From: Candidatus Omnitrophota bacterium
GTDB taxonomy: Bacteria > Omnitrophota > Gorgyraeia > Zapsychrales > JBDRMG01
Reading direction: 5' to 3'
Assembly: GCA_043812495.1 (NCBI GenBank)
Contig: JBDRMG010000001.1
Coordinates: 1-53,449 of the forward strand
Length of the DNA: 53,449 nucleotides
Position 1 is the stretch's first letter; each line of letters begins with the position of its first letter. A program made the translations under genes and the position numbers. The notes beneath the pieces are model-generated. The model saw only the letters and a list, made by a program, of their open reading frames with translations. It ran no database searches and had not been told where the DNA came from. Positions 1 to 10,098 of the stretch are shown here, one piece after another.

Positions 1-147
1 ATCAAGGGGAAATGAAGAAAATTTGACGCAACGCATTGAAATGACGTAAGTTATGATTCCGCAAATTTTACGTAAAGACAGTTTTTCAAAATAAACGTAA
101 AAAAATTATTTTAAAATATTTTTTAACAAAGTACTGTTAAAGGAATT

Positions 148-2307
148 ATGTTTAAAGTCACTGCAAAATTAATCGTCGCGGATCACACCAAGCGCATAAG
201 CGTGGAGGCGCCTCTTGTGGCCCAAAAGGCTCAACCCGGACAATTTGTCATGGTCATGGCGAGTGAGGGTTCGGCGCGCATTCCCTTGAGCATTGTGGAC
301 GCCGATGCCAAAAAAGGAATCATCACCCTGATTTTTAAAGAAGTGGATGAGACAACGCGCAAGCTCGGGGCTGTGCGCATCGGCGACGAACTTAGCGTTG
401 TCTTGGGACCGCTGGGCGTGCCCATTGAGCTGGTCTCATCCAGCGTTTGCGTGTGCATCGGATACGATATCGGTATTGCGCAGATTTTACCGATTGCGCG
501 CGCTTTAAAAGGACGGGACAATAAAGTGATTAGCGTTATTGGCGCAGCGACAAGAAAGTCATTATTTTTTGAAAGCCAATTGCGATTAAGCGGCCAAAGA
601 CTTTTTGTCACAACGGATGACGGAAGCCACATGCTGCGCGGCTCCGTGACATCTCCGCTTTCAGAAATCTTTGCGAGAGAGAAAGTCTCGATCGTGTATG
701 CCATGGGACCGGTGGATGTCCTGGGCGCCGTTTGCGAAATTACTCAAGAGAAGAAAATCAAAACGATTATCGGATTGCAGCCTGTCATGGCCGACGGTCT
801 GGGCCTATGCGCTTCGTGCCGCGTCAAGGTCCATAACGAGTATCGGCTGGCCTGCGTAGACGGCCCGAATGTTAACGGGCATCAGGTTGATTTTGATGAT
901 TTGCGCGCACGCACGTGCGCCCAAAAGGAATGTCGATCATGCGACAGCAAAAAACCACTTGTCTCCAAAGACAAGCGAATCAAAAACTTTAATGAAGTCT
1001 CTGTCGGGCTTAATAAAAAACAAGCCTTAGACGAAGCCAATCGTTGCCCGCAGTGCACGCATCCTGCCTGTCAGGGCGGCTGCTCCCTGGGTATTGATAT
1101 CACAGGCTTCATCCGCAAGATTCGCGAGAATCAAATGGCATCAACGCTGGATCTCATCAGAGAGAAAAATCCTCTCCCCGGCGTTTGCGGACGTCTCTGT
1201 CAGGCGCCTTGCCAGAAAGTTTGTATTCTTAGCGACCTGCAGCATAAAGCCATTTCCGTCCGCGCTCTTGAGCGTTATGCCATTGATCACGGACATAAAA
1301 AATCAAAATCCGTTACAAAACGCAAGGGAAAGAAGATCGCCGTTGTAGGTTCGGGTCCGGCCGGCTTGACGGCTGCGGGTGAGCTTGCCAAACGCGGCTA
1401 CGCGGTAACCGTTTTTGAGGCCTTTGACCTGGCTGGTGGTGTTTTGCGTTACGGCATTCCGGAGTTTCGCTTTCCCAAGAAAATTCTCGATTCAGAAATT
1501 GATTATGTCCAATCGCTGGGTGTTGAGATCAGGACAAATACTTTAATCGGACAGACATTGACATTGCAGGATCTGTTTCAAGACGGTTTTGCAGCAGTCC
1601 TTTTAGCCCTGGGGGCCGGCGCCGCCAAATTTTCAGGACTTCCCGGAGAGCACAGCGGTGGTGTTTATTTTGCGCAAGAATATCTCCTAGGCGCCAGTAA
1701 CATGAAGACGAAATTATCGGGCAATCAACAACCTATTTATTCCGGAAGAGATGTCGTCGTGATTGGTGGTGAATACGCGGCCATGGACTGCGCGCGCTTG
1801 GCCGCGAGGCTTGGTAAAAATGTCCGGCTGGTCCATAAAGGTACCGAAGAAGATATGGTTGTCGATGCCGATTCTATCCGCCGGGCGAAAGAAGAGGGTG
1901 TCGAGTTGGATGCGCTGACAAAACCCTTAGAGATTGTCACAGATCAACGAAACTGCGTCCGCGCCGTTCAATGCATCAAAATGGACTATGCGGATCCGGA
2001 TAGAACGGACAAATGGCGCTTGATTCCCGTCAAGGGATCAGAGTTTACCATCGAAGCTGATACGGTTGTTTTAGCGATTGGGCATCAGCCGAATCCTCTC
2101 ATCAGAAGATTGTTCAGCGATTTAAGAATCAATAAGGACAGGACGCTATGGACGGTGCGCAATAGCGCGCAATCCTCGCAATCGAAAATTTTTGCCACAG
2201 GCGATGTTGTGAACGGTCCGACGCATGTGATGAATGTGATCAGTCAAGCCAAGAAGGCCGCTTGTGAAATCGATGAATATTTAAACATTCCCATTAAAAA
2301 GAAATGA
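148..2307 (+). CDS. Fused NfnA/NfnB-like (PyrK/SudB-type + GltD/SudA-type) flavin/Fe-S oxidoreductase
   Basis: N-half: PGQFVMV, RIPLSI, GPLG, DGLGLCASCR..CVDGP ([2Fe-2S]). C-half: RCPQC..C..GC, CGRLC..PC...C, VVGSGPAGL, YGIPEFR, GDVVNGP. Some nucleotide-binding motifs are degenerate. Confidence 0.85.
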   Translation: MFKVTAKLIVADHTKRISVEAPLVAQKAQPGQFVMVMASEGSARIPLSIVDADAKKGIITLIFKEVDETTRKLGAVRIGDELSVVLGPLGVPIELVSSSVCVCIGYDIGIAQILPIARALKGRDNKVISVIGAATRKSLFFESQLRLSGQRLFVTTDDGSHMLRGSVTSPLSEIFAREKVSIVYAMGPVDVLGAVCEITQEKKIKTIIGLQPVMADGLGLCASCRVKVHNEYRLACVDGPNVNGHQVDFDDLRARTCAQKECRSCDSKKPLVSKDKRIKNFNEVSVGLNKKQALDEANRCPQCTHPACQGGCSLGIDITGFIRKIRENQMASTLDLIREKNPLPGVCGRLCQAPCQKVCILSDLQHKAISVRALERYAIDHGHKKSKSVTKRKGKKIAVVGSGPAGLTAAGELAKRGYAVTVFEAFDLAGGVLRYGIPEFRFPKKILDSEIDYVQSLGVEIRTNTLIGQTLTLQDLFQDGFAAVLLALGAGAAKFSGLPGEHSGGVYFAQEYLLGASNMKTKLSGNQQPIYSGRDVVVIGGEYAAMDCARLAARLGKNVRLVHKGTEEDMVVDADSIRRAKEEGVELDALTKPLEIVTDQRNCVRAVQCIKMDYADPDRTDKWRLIPVKGSEFTIEADTVVLAIGHQPNPLIRRLFSDLRINKDRTLWTVRNSAQSSQSKIFATGDVVNGPTHVMNVISQAKKAACEIDEYLNIPIKKK

Positions 2308-3161
2308 ACCACCCGCAAAAACGATTAACATCAAAAGAAATCCTTAAGAAGAAAAAGAGCGGTGAAAAGATCACCATGCTGACCGCCTATGATTACCCCA
2401 TGGCACGGGTGATTGATCAAGCGGGAATCGATATCATACTCGTCGGAGACTCTCTAGCGAATGTTGTTTTGGGACTGGACTCAACACGCGATATCGGCAT
2501 GGAGGAAATGATTTATCATGCCAAAGCTGTGAACCGCGCAGTTGAGAATGCCCTTTTGGTCGGCGACATGCCCTTTCGCTCTTATGAAGATATGGATCAC
2601 GCGGTTAGTCATGCCGGGCGCTTTAAAGAAGAAGCCGGGTGCGATGCGATTAAGCTTGAATGGACAGAGAGTTGTGCTGACGTCGCTGAAGCGATCATTC
2701 AATCAGGAATTCCCGTGATGGGGCATGTCGGCTTAACGCCTCAGGCGGTGACAAGCAAAGACGGTTTTCGCGTTCAGGGAAAGGATGCGCCTTCGGCCGA
2801 AAAGATCATTCTCCAAGCAAGAGAGTTGGAGAGAAGAGGATGTTTTAGTATTGTGCTGGAGTGCATTCCCAAAGAGATAGGTCAAGTGATTACCCAAGAA
2901 CTCAAGATTCCGACGATCAGTTGCGGAGCCGGACCTTATTGCGACGGGCAGGTTTTAGTCACGCATGATCTCCTGGGATACTTTGATCGTTACAAACCAA
3001 AATTCGTCAAGCAATACGCAAATCTCAATGAACTCATCTTAAAGGCTGTTACGGCCTATCGCGAAGAGGTTAAAAAAGGTCAGTTTCCCGACGAAGAACA
3101 TAGTTTTTCTGTTAAAAAAGAAGAGTTGGATATTTTAAAGAAACTCATGAAAGCAAAATGA
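2304..3161 (+). CDS. panB: 3-methyl-2-oxobutanoate hydroxymethyltransferase
   Basis: ITMLTAYDY, ILVGDSL, GDMPF, GHVGLTPQ, GAGPYCDGQVLV. Confidence 0.96.
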   Translation: MNHPQKRLTSKEILKKKKSGEKITMLTAYDYPMARVIDQAGIDIILVGDSLANVVLGLDSTRDIGMEEMIYHAKAVNRAVENALLVGDMPFRSYEDMDHAVSHAGRFKEEAGCDAIKLEWTESCADVAEAIIQSGIPVMGHVGLTPQAVTSKDGFRVQGKDAPSAEKIILQARELERRGCFSIVLECIPKEIGQVITQELKIPTISCGAGPYCDGQVLVTHDLLGYFDRYKPKFVKQYANLNELILKAVTAYREEVKKGQFPDEEHSFSVKKEELDILKKLMKAK

Positions 3162-4123
3162 ACTGCAAAAACCATTCAGATATTCAAGCTCAGTATTGCT
3201 GCGAAAACTGCAAGAATTATTTTTGCGAAGAATGCCTGCTGGTGCGCCGCTTTACCGATGAATTTACCGCTTTCGTTTGCAAGGAATGCGGCGGAAAGTG
3301 CGTCTCTTTGATGGAAGCGCGGTCTTCCAAAGACAAGAGGGCCATAGCAAAGATTATGGCACCGAAACGTAAGAATAGAATTGCCGAGGTCAAAACCCAA
3401 GACAATCTTCGCGTCAAGGGGCTGAAGATTGTTTTATCCGGAGAACAAAATATTTTCTTTCGATATCTCGGCGCATTTATCTTTCCTTTAAAAGGATGGG
3501 GATTGCCTTTGATGGCGGCCTTTGGCGGCTCCATGTTCCTTTTAAATAATTTTTTGAATCGTCCTGCCCATATCAGTCTTATATCGTGGGTGATCGTGAT
3601 GACATATTTTCTTGTTTGTTTGTATAAAGTGACCGACGATTCCTCGAGGGGGTCAACGCGAATCGGACGCCTGCCGACCTTTAATTACTGGGTCACGATG
3701 CCAAAACCCCTTTTTCTGATGACCGGAGCGATTATCCTTTGCTTTGCTCCTGCGCATGTCTACTTTTTCTTATTTGGGCAGGATGTGGGCTTGAGTTATC
3801 TTGGCTTGTTATTCTTGGGGTCATTTTTCTTTCCAATATTTCTGATTAAAATTGTCCTTTCGCGCTCCCTGCGCGTTCTTACGCCGATTTTCGCCCTGCT
3901 CTCTATCAGTCGATACTTGGGGGAATATATTGCTTTGTGCATTTTTCTCTCGGTCTCTATTTTCTTATCCTTCTTTCTGATTAATGATGTTTTCTCTTCC
4001 TATCAAGAAGCCGGAGAGAGTGCCGGATATTTTGTGAATGTGTATGTTCTTTTCATTGAAGCCCGCCTGTTGGGCATTTTTGCGCACCATCTCTATGAAA
4101 AACAGGCTCAGGAAGCGAGGTAA
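3158..4123 (+). CDS. Membrane protein with N-terminal B-box-like Zn finger and about 6 TM helices (DUF4013-like)
   Basis: CKNH..CCENC..FCEEC..CKECGG followed by hydrophobic segments; ATGA overlap with panB. Confidence 0.7.
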   Translation: MNCKNHSDIQAQYCCENCKNYFCEECLLVRRFTDEFTAFVCKECGGKCVSLMEARSSKDKRAIAKIMAPKRKNRIAEVKTQDNLRVKGLKIVLSGEQNIFFRYLGAFIFPLKGWGLPLMAAFGGSMFLLNNFLNRPAHISLISWVIVMTYFLVCLYKVTDDSSRGSTRIGRLPTFNYWVTMPKPLFLMTGAIILCFAPAHVYFFLFGQDVGLSYLGLLFLGSFFFPIFLIKIVLSRSLRVLTPIFALLSISRYLGEYIALCIFLSVSIFLSFFLINDVFSSYQEAGESAGYFVNVYVLFIEARLLGIFAHHLYEKQAQEAR

Positions 4124-4125
4124 CA

Positions 4126-4446
4126 ATGTCCTTCTGTATCCATTGCGGCCAGGAAAATTCTCAGGAGGCCAAATTCTGCCAGCATTGCGGAAAGTCCTTC
4201 GGGGCCTCGGAAAAAATCAAATGGTATTTTCGGGGGTATAATTTATTCATCGGGTTTTTGTGCGTCGGTCCCTTGATTTTGCCCCTCATCTGGTATCACC
4301 CGATGTATAGCCGCCAGACAAAATGGATACTCTCCGTGTTGATTCTGCTGGTGACGATTGCGCTCGGGAAGGCGGTCGCGGGTGCCGCCCATTCATTAAA
4401 GGAATATTACGGCCTTTATGACGAAATTTTAAAAGGAAATTATTGA
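4126..4446 (+). CDS. Zinc-ribbon membrane protein
   Basis: FCIHCG..AKFCQHCG plus two hydrophobic segments. Confidence 0.75.
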   Translation: MSFCIHCGQENSQEAKFCQHCGKSFGASEKIKWYFRGYNLFIGFLCVGPLILPLIWYHPMYSRQTKWILSVLILLVTIALGKAVAGAAHSLKEYYGLYDEILKGNY

Positions 4447-4630
4447 TACTTCGACGGCGCCAAACCCCGCCTTTTTAAGGCGGGGTTTGAAGCACCGCTC
4501 GGTATCAACCCTGCCCGCCCCGCCGCTTCCCTGGCCCGCCGTTCCGGTTTGCCAGGGCGGGTGCGGCGAAAGCCGCGGGCCGGGGAGCAAACCCTGGGCT
4601 AAACAGACTGGGGTGCGTCGAATGGGTTGA
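4443..4630. repeat. Nested GC-rich REP-like palindrome cluster
   Basis: TTGATAC-TTCG..CTCG-GTATCAA and TCAACCC..GTCGAA-TGGGTTGA outer stems enclose inner hairpins such as CAAACCCCGCC-tttttaa-GGCGGGGTTTG. Confidence 0.7.
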
Positions 4631-4694
4631 TTTTTGACAAAACCGGGGACAAAGTCCTTGCTTTTTAAAAAACTTTCAGATAAAATAGGCCTCT

Positions 4695-6254
4695 ATGCAA
4701 AAAAGTGGCGTGATGGACAAGATCGTATCGCTTTCTAAGCGACGGGGATTCATTTTCCAATCTTCGGAAATCTACGGAGGTCTTTCGAGCGCTTGGGATT
4801 ACGGCCCCTTAGGAGTTGAACTTAAGCGGAATATCAAGAATGCCTGGTGGAAATCCGTTGTCCATGAGCGCGATGATATGGTGGGTTTGGATGCCGGGAT
4901 TTTGATGCATCCCAAAGTCTGGGAAGCCTCGGGGCACGCGGCAAATTTTTCAGATCCCTTTGTCCAATGCCCTGCTTGTCAGAAGTTTTACCGCCTCGAT
5001 AAAATATGGGATGAAATTTGGGAAAGCGTATGGTTTCAGTCGTTAACGGAAGCCATGCTCGGAGAAAAAGACACATTACATCTCATTCGTTGGGCAAAAA
5101 AAGAGGGAAAGAGATTTGCCCCAAATTTAGCTTTGGTCAAAGAACCAGAAGTTACGGTATCGTGGATTGTTGAACTGGATAAAGCCTGGGGCGGATTGAA
5201 TCTGGATTTTAAAAATTTTGTAGGACAAATTGCAGCCGATCAAAACGGAGTTTCCAAGACGCCCTGCCCTGGCTGTGGGCATAAACTGCCGCATGAAGGG
5301 ACAGCGGCAAATTTAATGCTCAAAACTTCTCTTGGGCCTGTCGAAGCAACGGCGGAGAAAGTTTTTCTACGACCAGAAACAGCTCAGGGAATTTTTGTTA
5401 ACTTTTGTAATGTTCTGGATACGACCCATAAACGACTTCCCTTTGGCATCGCCCAAATCGGCAAGGCTTTTCGCAATGAAGTGACACCAGGCAATTATAC
5501 CTTCCGCACGCGCGAATTCGAACAAATGGAAATCGAATATTTCACCAAACCTGACGAAGCAGAAAAATATCATGCGCAATGGATTCAAGACCGCTTTGCC
5601 TGGTATCAAAGCTTAGGCCTGCGCAAAGAAAATCTGCGGCTTCGCCCGCACCCGGACAATGAATTGGCCCATTATGCGGCCGCTTGCACGGATATCGAAT
5701 ATCAATTTCCTTTCGGATGGTCAGAGCTTGAAGGCATTGCCAACCGCACGGATTTTGATCTCAAGCAGCATTCGCAATTTTCCAATAAAGATCTTCAATA
5801 CCAGGACAATATCACAAACGAAAAATATTTTCCATATATCGTTGAACCGTCCGGAGGCGTGGACCGGGCGGCTTTAGCATTTTTGGTGGATGCCTATCAC
5901 GAAGAAGAGGTGGAGGGCTCTACGCGTGTGGTCCTTCGTTTTCACAAAGATTTGGCGCCGATCAAAGTCGCTGTTTTGCCTCTTTTAAAGAAACGCGACG
6001 ATATCGTTCTTTTGGCGAAGAATATCAAACAGGATTTGTTAAAGGGTTTTGTCACGGTGTATGATGATACCGCGTCGATTGGCAAACTTTACCGTCGGCA
6101 AGATGAAATCGGAACATTTTATTGCGTCACCGTGGATGTGCAGTCTTTAGAGGATCGCAAAGTCACGGTGCGCGATCGGGATTCGATGCAGCAAGAGAGA
6201 ATCGATATCAATCAACTCAAAAACTATTTGCAGGAAAAATTTTTGCAAAAGTAA
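4695..6254 (+). CDS. glyQS: Glycine--tRNA ligase, alpha2 homodimeric type
   Basis: KRRGFIFQSSEIYGG, LRPETAQGIF, FRNEVTP..FRTREFEQME, ELEGIANR, YRRQDEIGT. Confidence 0.96.
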   Translation: MQKSGVMDKIVSLSKRRGFIFQSSEIYGGLSSAWDYGPLGVELKRNIKNAWWKSVVHERDDMVGLDAGILMHPKVWEASGHAANFSDPFVQCPACQKFYRLDKIWDEIWESVWFQSLTEAMLGEKDTLHLIRWAKKEGKRFAPNLALVKEPEVTVSWIVELDKAWGGLNLDFKNFVGQIAADQNGVSKTPCPGCGHKLPHEGTAANLMLKTSLGPVEATAEKVFLRPETAQGIFVNFCNVLDTTHKRLPFGIAQIGKAFRNEVTPGNYTFRTREFEQMEIEYFTKPDEAEKYHAQWIQDRFAWYQSLGLRKENLRLRPHPDNELAHYAAACTDIEYQFPFGWSELEGIANRTDFDLKQHSQFSNKDLQYQDNITNEKYFPYIVEPSGGVDRAALAFLVDAYHEEEVEGSTRVVLRFHKDLAPIKVAVLPLLKKRDDIVLLAKNIKQDLLKGFVTVYDDTASIGKLYRRQDEIGTFYCVTVDVQSLEDRKVTVRDRDSMQQERIDINQLKNYLQEKFLQK

Positions 6255-6259
6255 TAGGG

Positions 6260-6391
6260 CTTCACAAAAATCGTTTCGCCCTTGATTACACTGATTAAGA
6301 GACAGATTACACAGATTAGTTCCCGACGGTTCTATCTGTGTAATCATTTCAAAATCGTTGCAATCAACAGCCCTGAACGAATTTTGTGAAG
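6260..6391. repeat. Long imperfect inverted repeat (about 130-nt hairpin), MITE/REP-like
   Basis: CTTCACAAAAATCGTT/AACGAATTTTGTGAAG, TTGATTACACTGATT/AATCGTTGCAATCAA, GATTACACAGAT/ATCTGTGTAATC. Confidence 0.7.
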
Positions 6392-6434
6392 GGCTGAAAA
6401 GTAAAAGCAGGTGAAGAAAGGAGCTTCAGGAAAC

Positions 6435-9197
6435 ATGTCACAAAAATATGTTTATTTTTTCGGCGGCGGAAAAGCCGACGGCAAAACGGAAATGAAAAAT
6501 CTTCTTGGCGGAAAAGGGGCCAATCTGGCGGAAATGGCCGGGCATAAGGATTTACGCCTACCCGTTCCTCCTGGATTCACGATTACAACAGAAGTGTGCA
6601 TACATTACTATAAAAACAAAAAGAAATATCCGGCTGGTATCAATGACCAGGTCAAGACGGCCCTTAAAAAAGTCGAGAAATTGATGTGTAAGAAATTCGG
6701 TGACCCTGTTAACCCGCTTCTGGTGTCGGTTCGCTCGGGTGCGCGTAAATCTATGCCGGGGATGATGGAAACAGTTTTGAATGTCGGCTTGACGGAAAAG
6801 ACGTTAGCCGGCCTTGTTAAAAAAACCGGCAATGAGCGTTTTGCCTACGATGCCTACCGGCGCTTGATCACGATGTACTCGGATGTTGTGATGGAAAAGG
6901 CCGCTGGGATCGAGCCGGCCGAGGGTCAGGGCATCCGCCGTCAGCTTGAGCGGATTCTCGACAAAGCTAAAAAAGACGCCGGTGTCAAAATTGATTCGGA
7001 TTTGAGCGGCGGAGATCTTAAAAAGGTTTGCGCATTGTATAAAACAAAAATCAAAGAAGTTTTGGGGAAGGAATTTCCGGATAATGCCATGGATCAGCTG
7101 TGGGGTGGGATCGGCGCTGTTTTTTCCTCATGGAACGGCAAGCGCGCCATATCCTATCGGCGCATCGAGGGGATTCCGGATGAATGGGGAACAGCGGTGA
7201 ACGTCCAGAGTATGGCCTTCGGCAATACCGGTAGCGATTCCGCGACGGGCGTGGCTTTTACGCGTGATCCCGGGAACGGCGAAAATAAATTTTATGGCGA
7301 GTATCTGGTGAACGCCCAGGGTGAAGACGTTGTGGCCGGTATCCGTACCCCCGCGCCCATCAACAAGGAATCGCAAAGCGATCACAATAAAGATTTGGTG
7401 ATGCTATCCGATTTGATGCCCAAGGTGTACAAACAACTCGTTGATATCCGCAATCGTCTCGAAAAGCATTATCGCGATATGCAGGATATCGAGTTTACGA
7501 TTGAAGAAGGAACGCTTTACATGCTTCAGTGCCGCGTCGGAAAACGAAACGGTCCGGCCGCTGTGCGCATGGCGATGGATATGATCAAAGAGAAATTGAT
7601 TACAAAAGAAATGGCGGTCGGGCGCGTGACGCCGGATCAGCTCGATGAGCTTCTTCATCCGATCATCGATCCCAACGAAGAAAAAAAAGCCGTGCCTTTA
7701 GGTAAAGGTCTTCCGGCAGGTCCCGGCGGAGCAACAGGGCAGATTGTGTTTAGCGCTGAGGATGCCGTGGCCTGGCGTAAAGACGGCAAGAAAATTATTT
7801 TAGTGCGTGAAGAGACGAACCCCGAAGATGTCGAAGGGATGCGTGCGTCCGAAGCCGTCCTGACGGCCCGCGGAGGCATGACCTCTCACGCGGCGCTCGT
7901 TGCCCGCGGTTGGGGAAAATGCTGTATCGTCGGTTGCGGTGATATGGAGATTGACATGGCGACCAATACCATGCATATCGGTGGAAAGTCTCTCAATGAA
8001 GGCGATTGGATTACGCTTAACGGCACCAAAGGCCGGTTCTATGAAGGCCGCTTGGATATGATGGACGCCACGCAAGAGAATAAACTATTTAACGATTTCC
8101 TGAAAATCTGTGACGGAATTCGTACATTAAAGATTCGCACCAACGCGGATACTCCCGACGACGCGGCTAAAGCGCGTTCCTTCGGGGCCGAAGGCATTGG
8201 CCTCTTCCGCACGGAACATATGTTCTACGGAAAAAACAGCGAAGAACCTTTGTTCTTGCTGCGCAAAATGATTGTTTCCAAAGACGAAGCTGAGCGACGA
8301 AGAGCGCTGGACGAACTGTTTCCCTTTGTCAAGCGCGATATCAAAGGAACGCTCAAAGCGATGAGTCCGTATCCTGTGACGTTTCGTCTTTTGGATCCGC
8401 CGTTGCATGAATTCGTTCCTCACACCAAGGATCAACTTAAAGAATTAGCGCAGAGCCTTAATATTTCTCTTGAAGAGTTGGAGAAACGGGCCGCGGTTTT
8501 ACGCGAATCCAATCCGATGATGGGACATCGCGGCGTGCGTTTAGGCGTGACCTATCCTGAGGTTTCAGAAATGCAGATTCGGGCGATTCTTGAATCAGCC
8601 GCCGAATGCACAAAAGAGGGTCTCAAAGTTTTTGCTGAAATCATGGTGCCGGTGGTCTGCGAGGCCAATGAATTGAAGCTTCAAAAAGAAATTGTCAAAA
8701 AAGTATATCAGGAGACCATTTCCAAGTATAATCTTAAGAAGATTGATTACTTGTATGGAACGATGATTGAGATTCCGCGTGCGGCTTTGCTCGCGGGGCA
8801 GATTGCCGAAGTGGCTGAATTCTTCTCGTTCGGGACCAACGACCTTACGCAGATGAGTTTCGGCTTTTCGCGCGATGATATCGGCGGTTTCTTGCCGGAT
8901 TATCTGAGTAAAAAAGTTCTTGCCGATGACCCGTTTCAGACGGTGGATATTCAAGGCGTAGGCGAATTGATACGCCTAGGCGTTGAGCGAGGACGCCGCG
9001 TTCGCAGCCACCTCAAGGTTGGCATTTGCGGCGAGCACGGCGGAGAACCCAAATCGATTCATTTTTGCCATCAGGTCGAAATGGATTATGTTAGCTGTTC
9101 GCCGTATCGCGTGCCGATTGCGCGTTTAGCGGCCGCTCAAGCGATGCTTGCGGAAAAAACAAAAACAAAAGGCAAAACAAAGGCCAAGAAAAAATAA
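6435..9197 (+). CDS. ppdK: Pyruvate, phosphate dikinase
   Basis: LLGGKGANLAEM, PLLVSVRSGA..SMPGMMET, GGMTSHAA (phospho-His), GICGEHGG; ATG 6435 preferred over GTG 6411. Confidence 0.97.
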   Translation: MSQKYVYFFGGGKADGKTEMKNLLGGKGANLAEMAGHKDLRLPVPPGFTITTEVCIHYYKNKKKYPAGINDQVKTALKKVEKLMCKKFGDPVNPLLVSVRSGARKSMPGMMETVLNVGLTEKTLAGLVKKTGNERFAYDAYRRLITMYSDVVMEKAAGIEPAEGQGIRRQLERILDKAKKDAGVKIDSDLSGGDLKKVCALYKTKIKEVLGKEFPDNAMDQLWGGIGAVFSSWNGKRAISYRRIEGIPDEWGTAVNVQSMAFGNTGSDSATGVAFTRDPGNGENKFYGEYLVNAQGEDVVAGIRTPAPINKESQSDHNKDLVMLSDLMPKVYKQLVDIRNRLEKHYRDMQDIEFTIEEGTLYMLQCRVGKRNGPAAVRMAMDMIKEKLITKEMAVGRVTPDQLDELLHPIIDPNEEKKAVPLGKGLPAGPGGATGQIVFSAEDAVAWRKDGKKIILVREETNPEDVEGMRASEAVLTARGGMTSHAALVARGWGKCCIVGCGDMEIDMATNTMHIGGKSLNEGDWITLNGTKGRFYEGRLDMMDATQENKLFNDFLKICDGIRTLKIRTNADTPDDAAKARSFGAEGIGLFRTEHMFYGKNSEEPLFLLRKMIVSKDEAERRRALDELFPFVKRDIKGTLKAMSPYPVTFRLLDPPLHEFVPHTKDQLKELAQSLNISLEELEKRAAVLRESNPMMGHRGVRLGVTYPEVSEMQIRAILESAAECTKEGLKVFAEIMVPVVCEANELKLQKEIVKKVYQETISKYNLKKIDYLYGTMIEIPRAALLAGQIAEVAEFFSFGTNDLTQMSFGFSRDDIGGFLPDYLSKKVLADDPFQTVDIQGVGELIRLGVERGRRVRSHLKVGICGEHGGEPKSIHFCHQVEMDYVSCSPYRVPIARLAAAQAMLAEKTKTKGKTKAKKK

Positions 9198-10022
9198 ATG
9201 GATCCCATCAAAGCCTATCTCAAGGAAATTCGTCATATTCCTCTTTTGACGGCCGAAGAGGAAATTGACCTGGCCAAACAAATCAAAAAAGGGGATAAAA
9301 AAGCGCGCGAAAAAATGATTAGTGCAAACTTGCGTCTGGTGATTTCTATTGCCAAGCGTTATGTCAATCTCGGTATTCCTTTGAGCGATCTCATTGAAGA
9401 GGGTAATATCGGTCTTATGCGCGCGGTGGATAAATTTGATCCGAGAAAAGGATTTCGTTTTTCCACGTACGCGGCCTGGTGGATTAAACAGGCGGTTTCG
9501 CGCGCGATCATCGATCAGGGAAAAATGATTCGCATCCCTGTGTATATGAATGAAGAAATCCTCAAATGTAAGAAAGTCACCGAATTGCTGACGCATAAGC
9601 TCAAACGAAAACCGCGCGTCGGCGAAATCGCTAAAAAACTTCAAGTGAGCGTGGATAAGGTGCGCGAACTCAATACCTGGATTGCCAAGATGTCCAGCCT
9701 AGACGCCCCCATTGGTGAAGATGGGGAAGGGCAGGTGAAAGATATTATTGAAGATCAAAGTCTCGTGAGCCCGGATGAGGAATTGGAAACATTCTTCAAC
9801 AAAGAACGCACGGATGATCTTTTGTCTTTGATGTCCAAAAGAGAGCGTGAAATTTTGGATTTACGTTTTGGAATTACCGACGGAAATACCCGTACCCTGG
9901 CGGAAATTGCCAAAAAAATGGGTGTTTCGCGCGAGCGCATTCGACAAGTGGAATCCGCCACCTTAAAAAAGCTACGCAAACTTCTTAAAAAGCAGGAAAA
10001 AGAACAAAATATCGAAGAATAA
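9198..10022 (+). CDS. RpoD/RpoS-family sigma-70 factor lacking region 1.1
   Basis: [56 protein letters not shown]. Confidence 0.92.
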   Translation: MDPIKAYLKEIRHIPLLTAEEEIDLAKQIKKGDKKAREKMISANLRLVISIAKRYVNLGIPLSDLIEEGNIGLMRAVDKFDPRKGFRFSTYAAWWIKQAVSRAIIDQGKMIRIPVYMNEEILKCKKVTELLTHKLKRKPRVGEIAKKLQVSVDKVRELNTWIAKMSSLDAPIGEDGEGQVKDIIEDQSLVSPDEELETFFNKERTDDLLSLMSKREREILDLRFGITDGNTRTLAEIAKKMGVSRERIRQVESATLKKLRKLLKKQEKEQNIEE

Positions 10023-10023
10023 A

Positions 10024-10086
10024 TAGTCGCTGATTCTGCTTCACTCCGATGCATCATCGGGACTTCGCAGAATACATACTCGACTG
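10024..10086. repeat. REP-like hairpin between sigma factor and LacI-like gene
   Basis: TAGTCG/CGACTG, ATTCTGC/GCAGAAT, CCGATG/CATCGG stems with TTC bulges. Confidence 0.5.
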
Positions 10087-10098
10087 GGGAGATAGAAG

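Noticed and set aside
1..49. 3' end of an upstream gene (..ENLTQRIEMT*)
   Set aside because: Too short to identify or support.
4995..5260. Intein in GlyRS
   Set aside because: Too short, with no N-terminal C/S block or HN-C/S/T splice motif.
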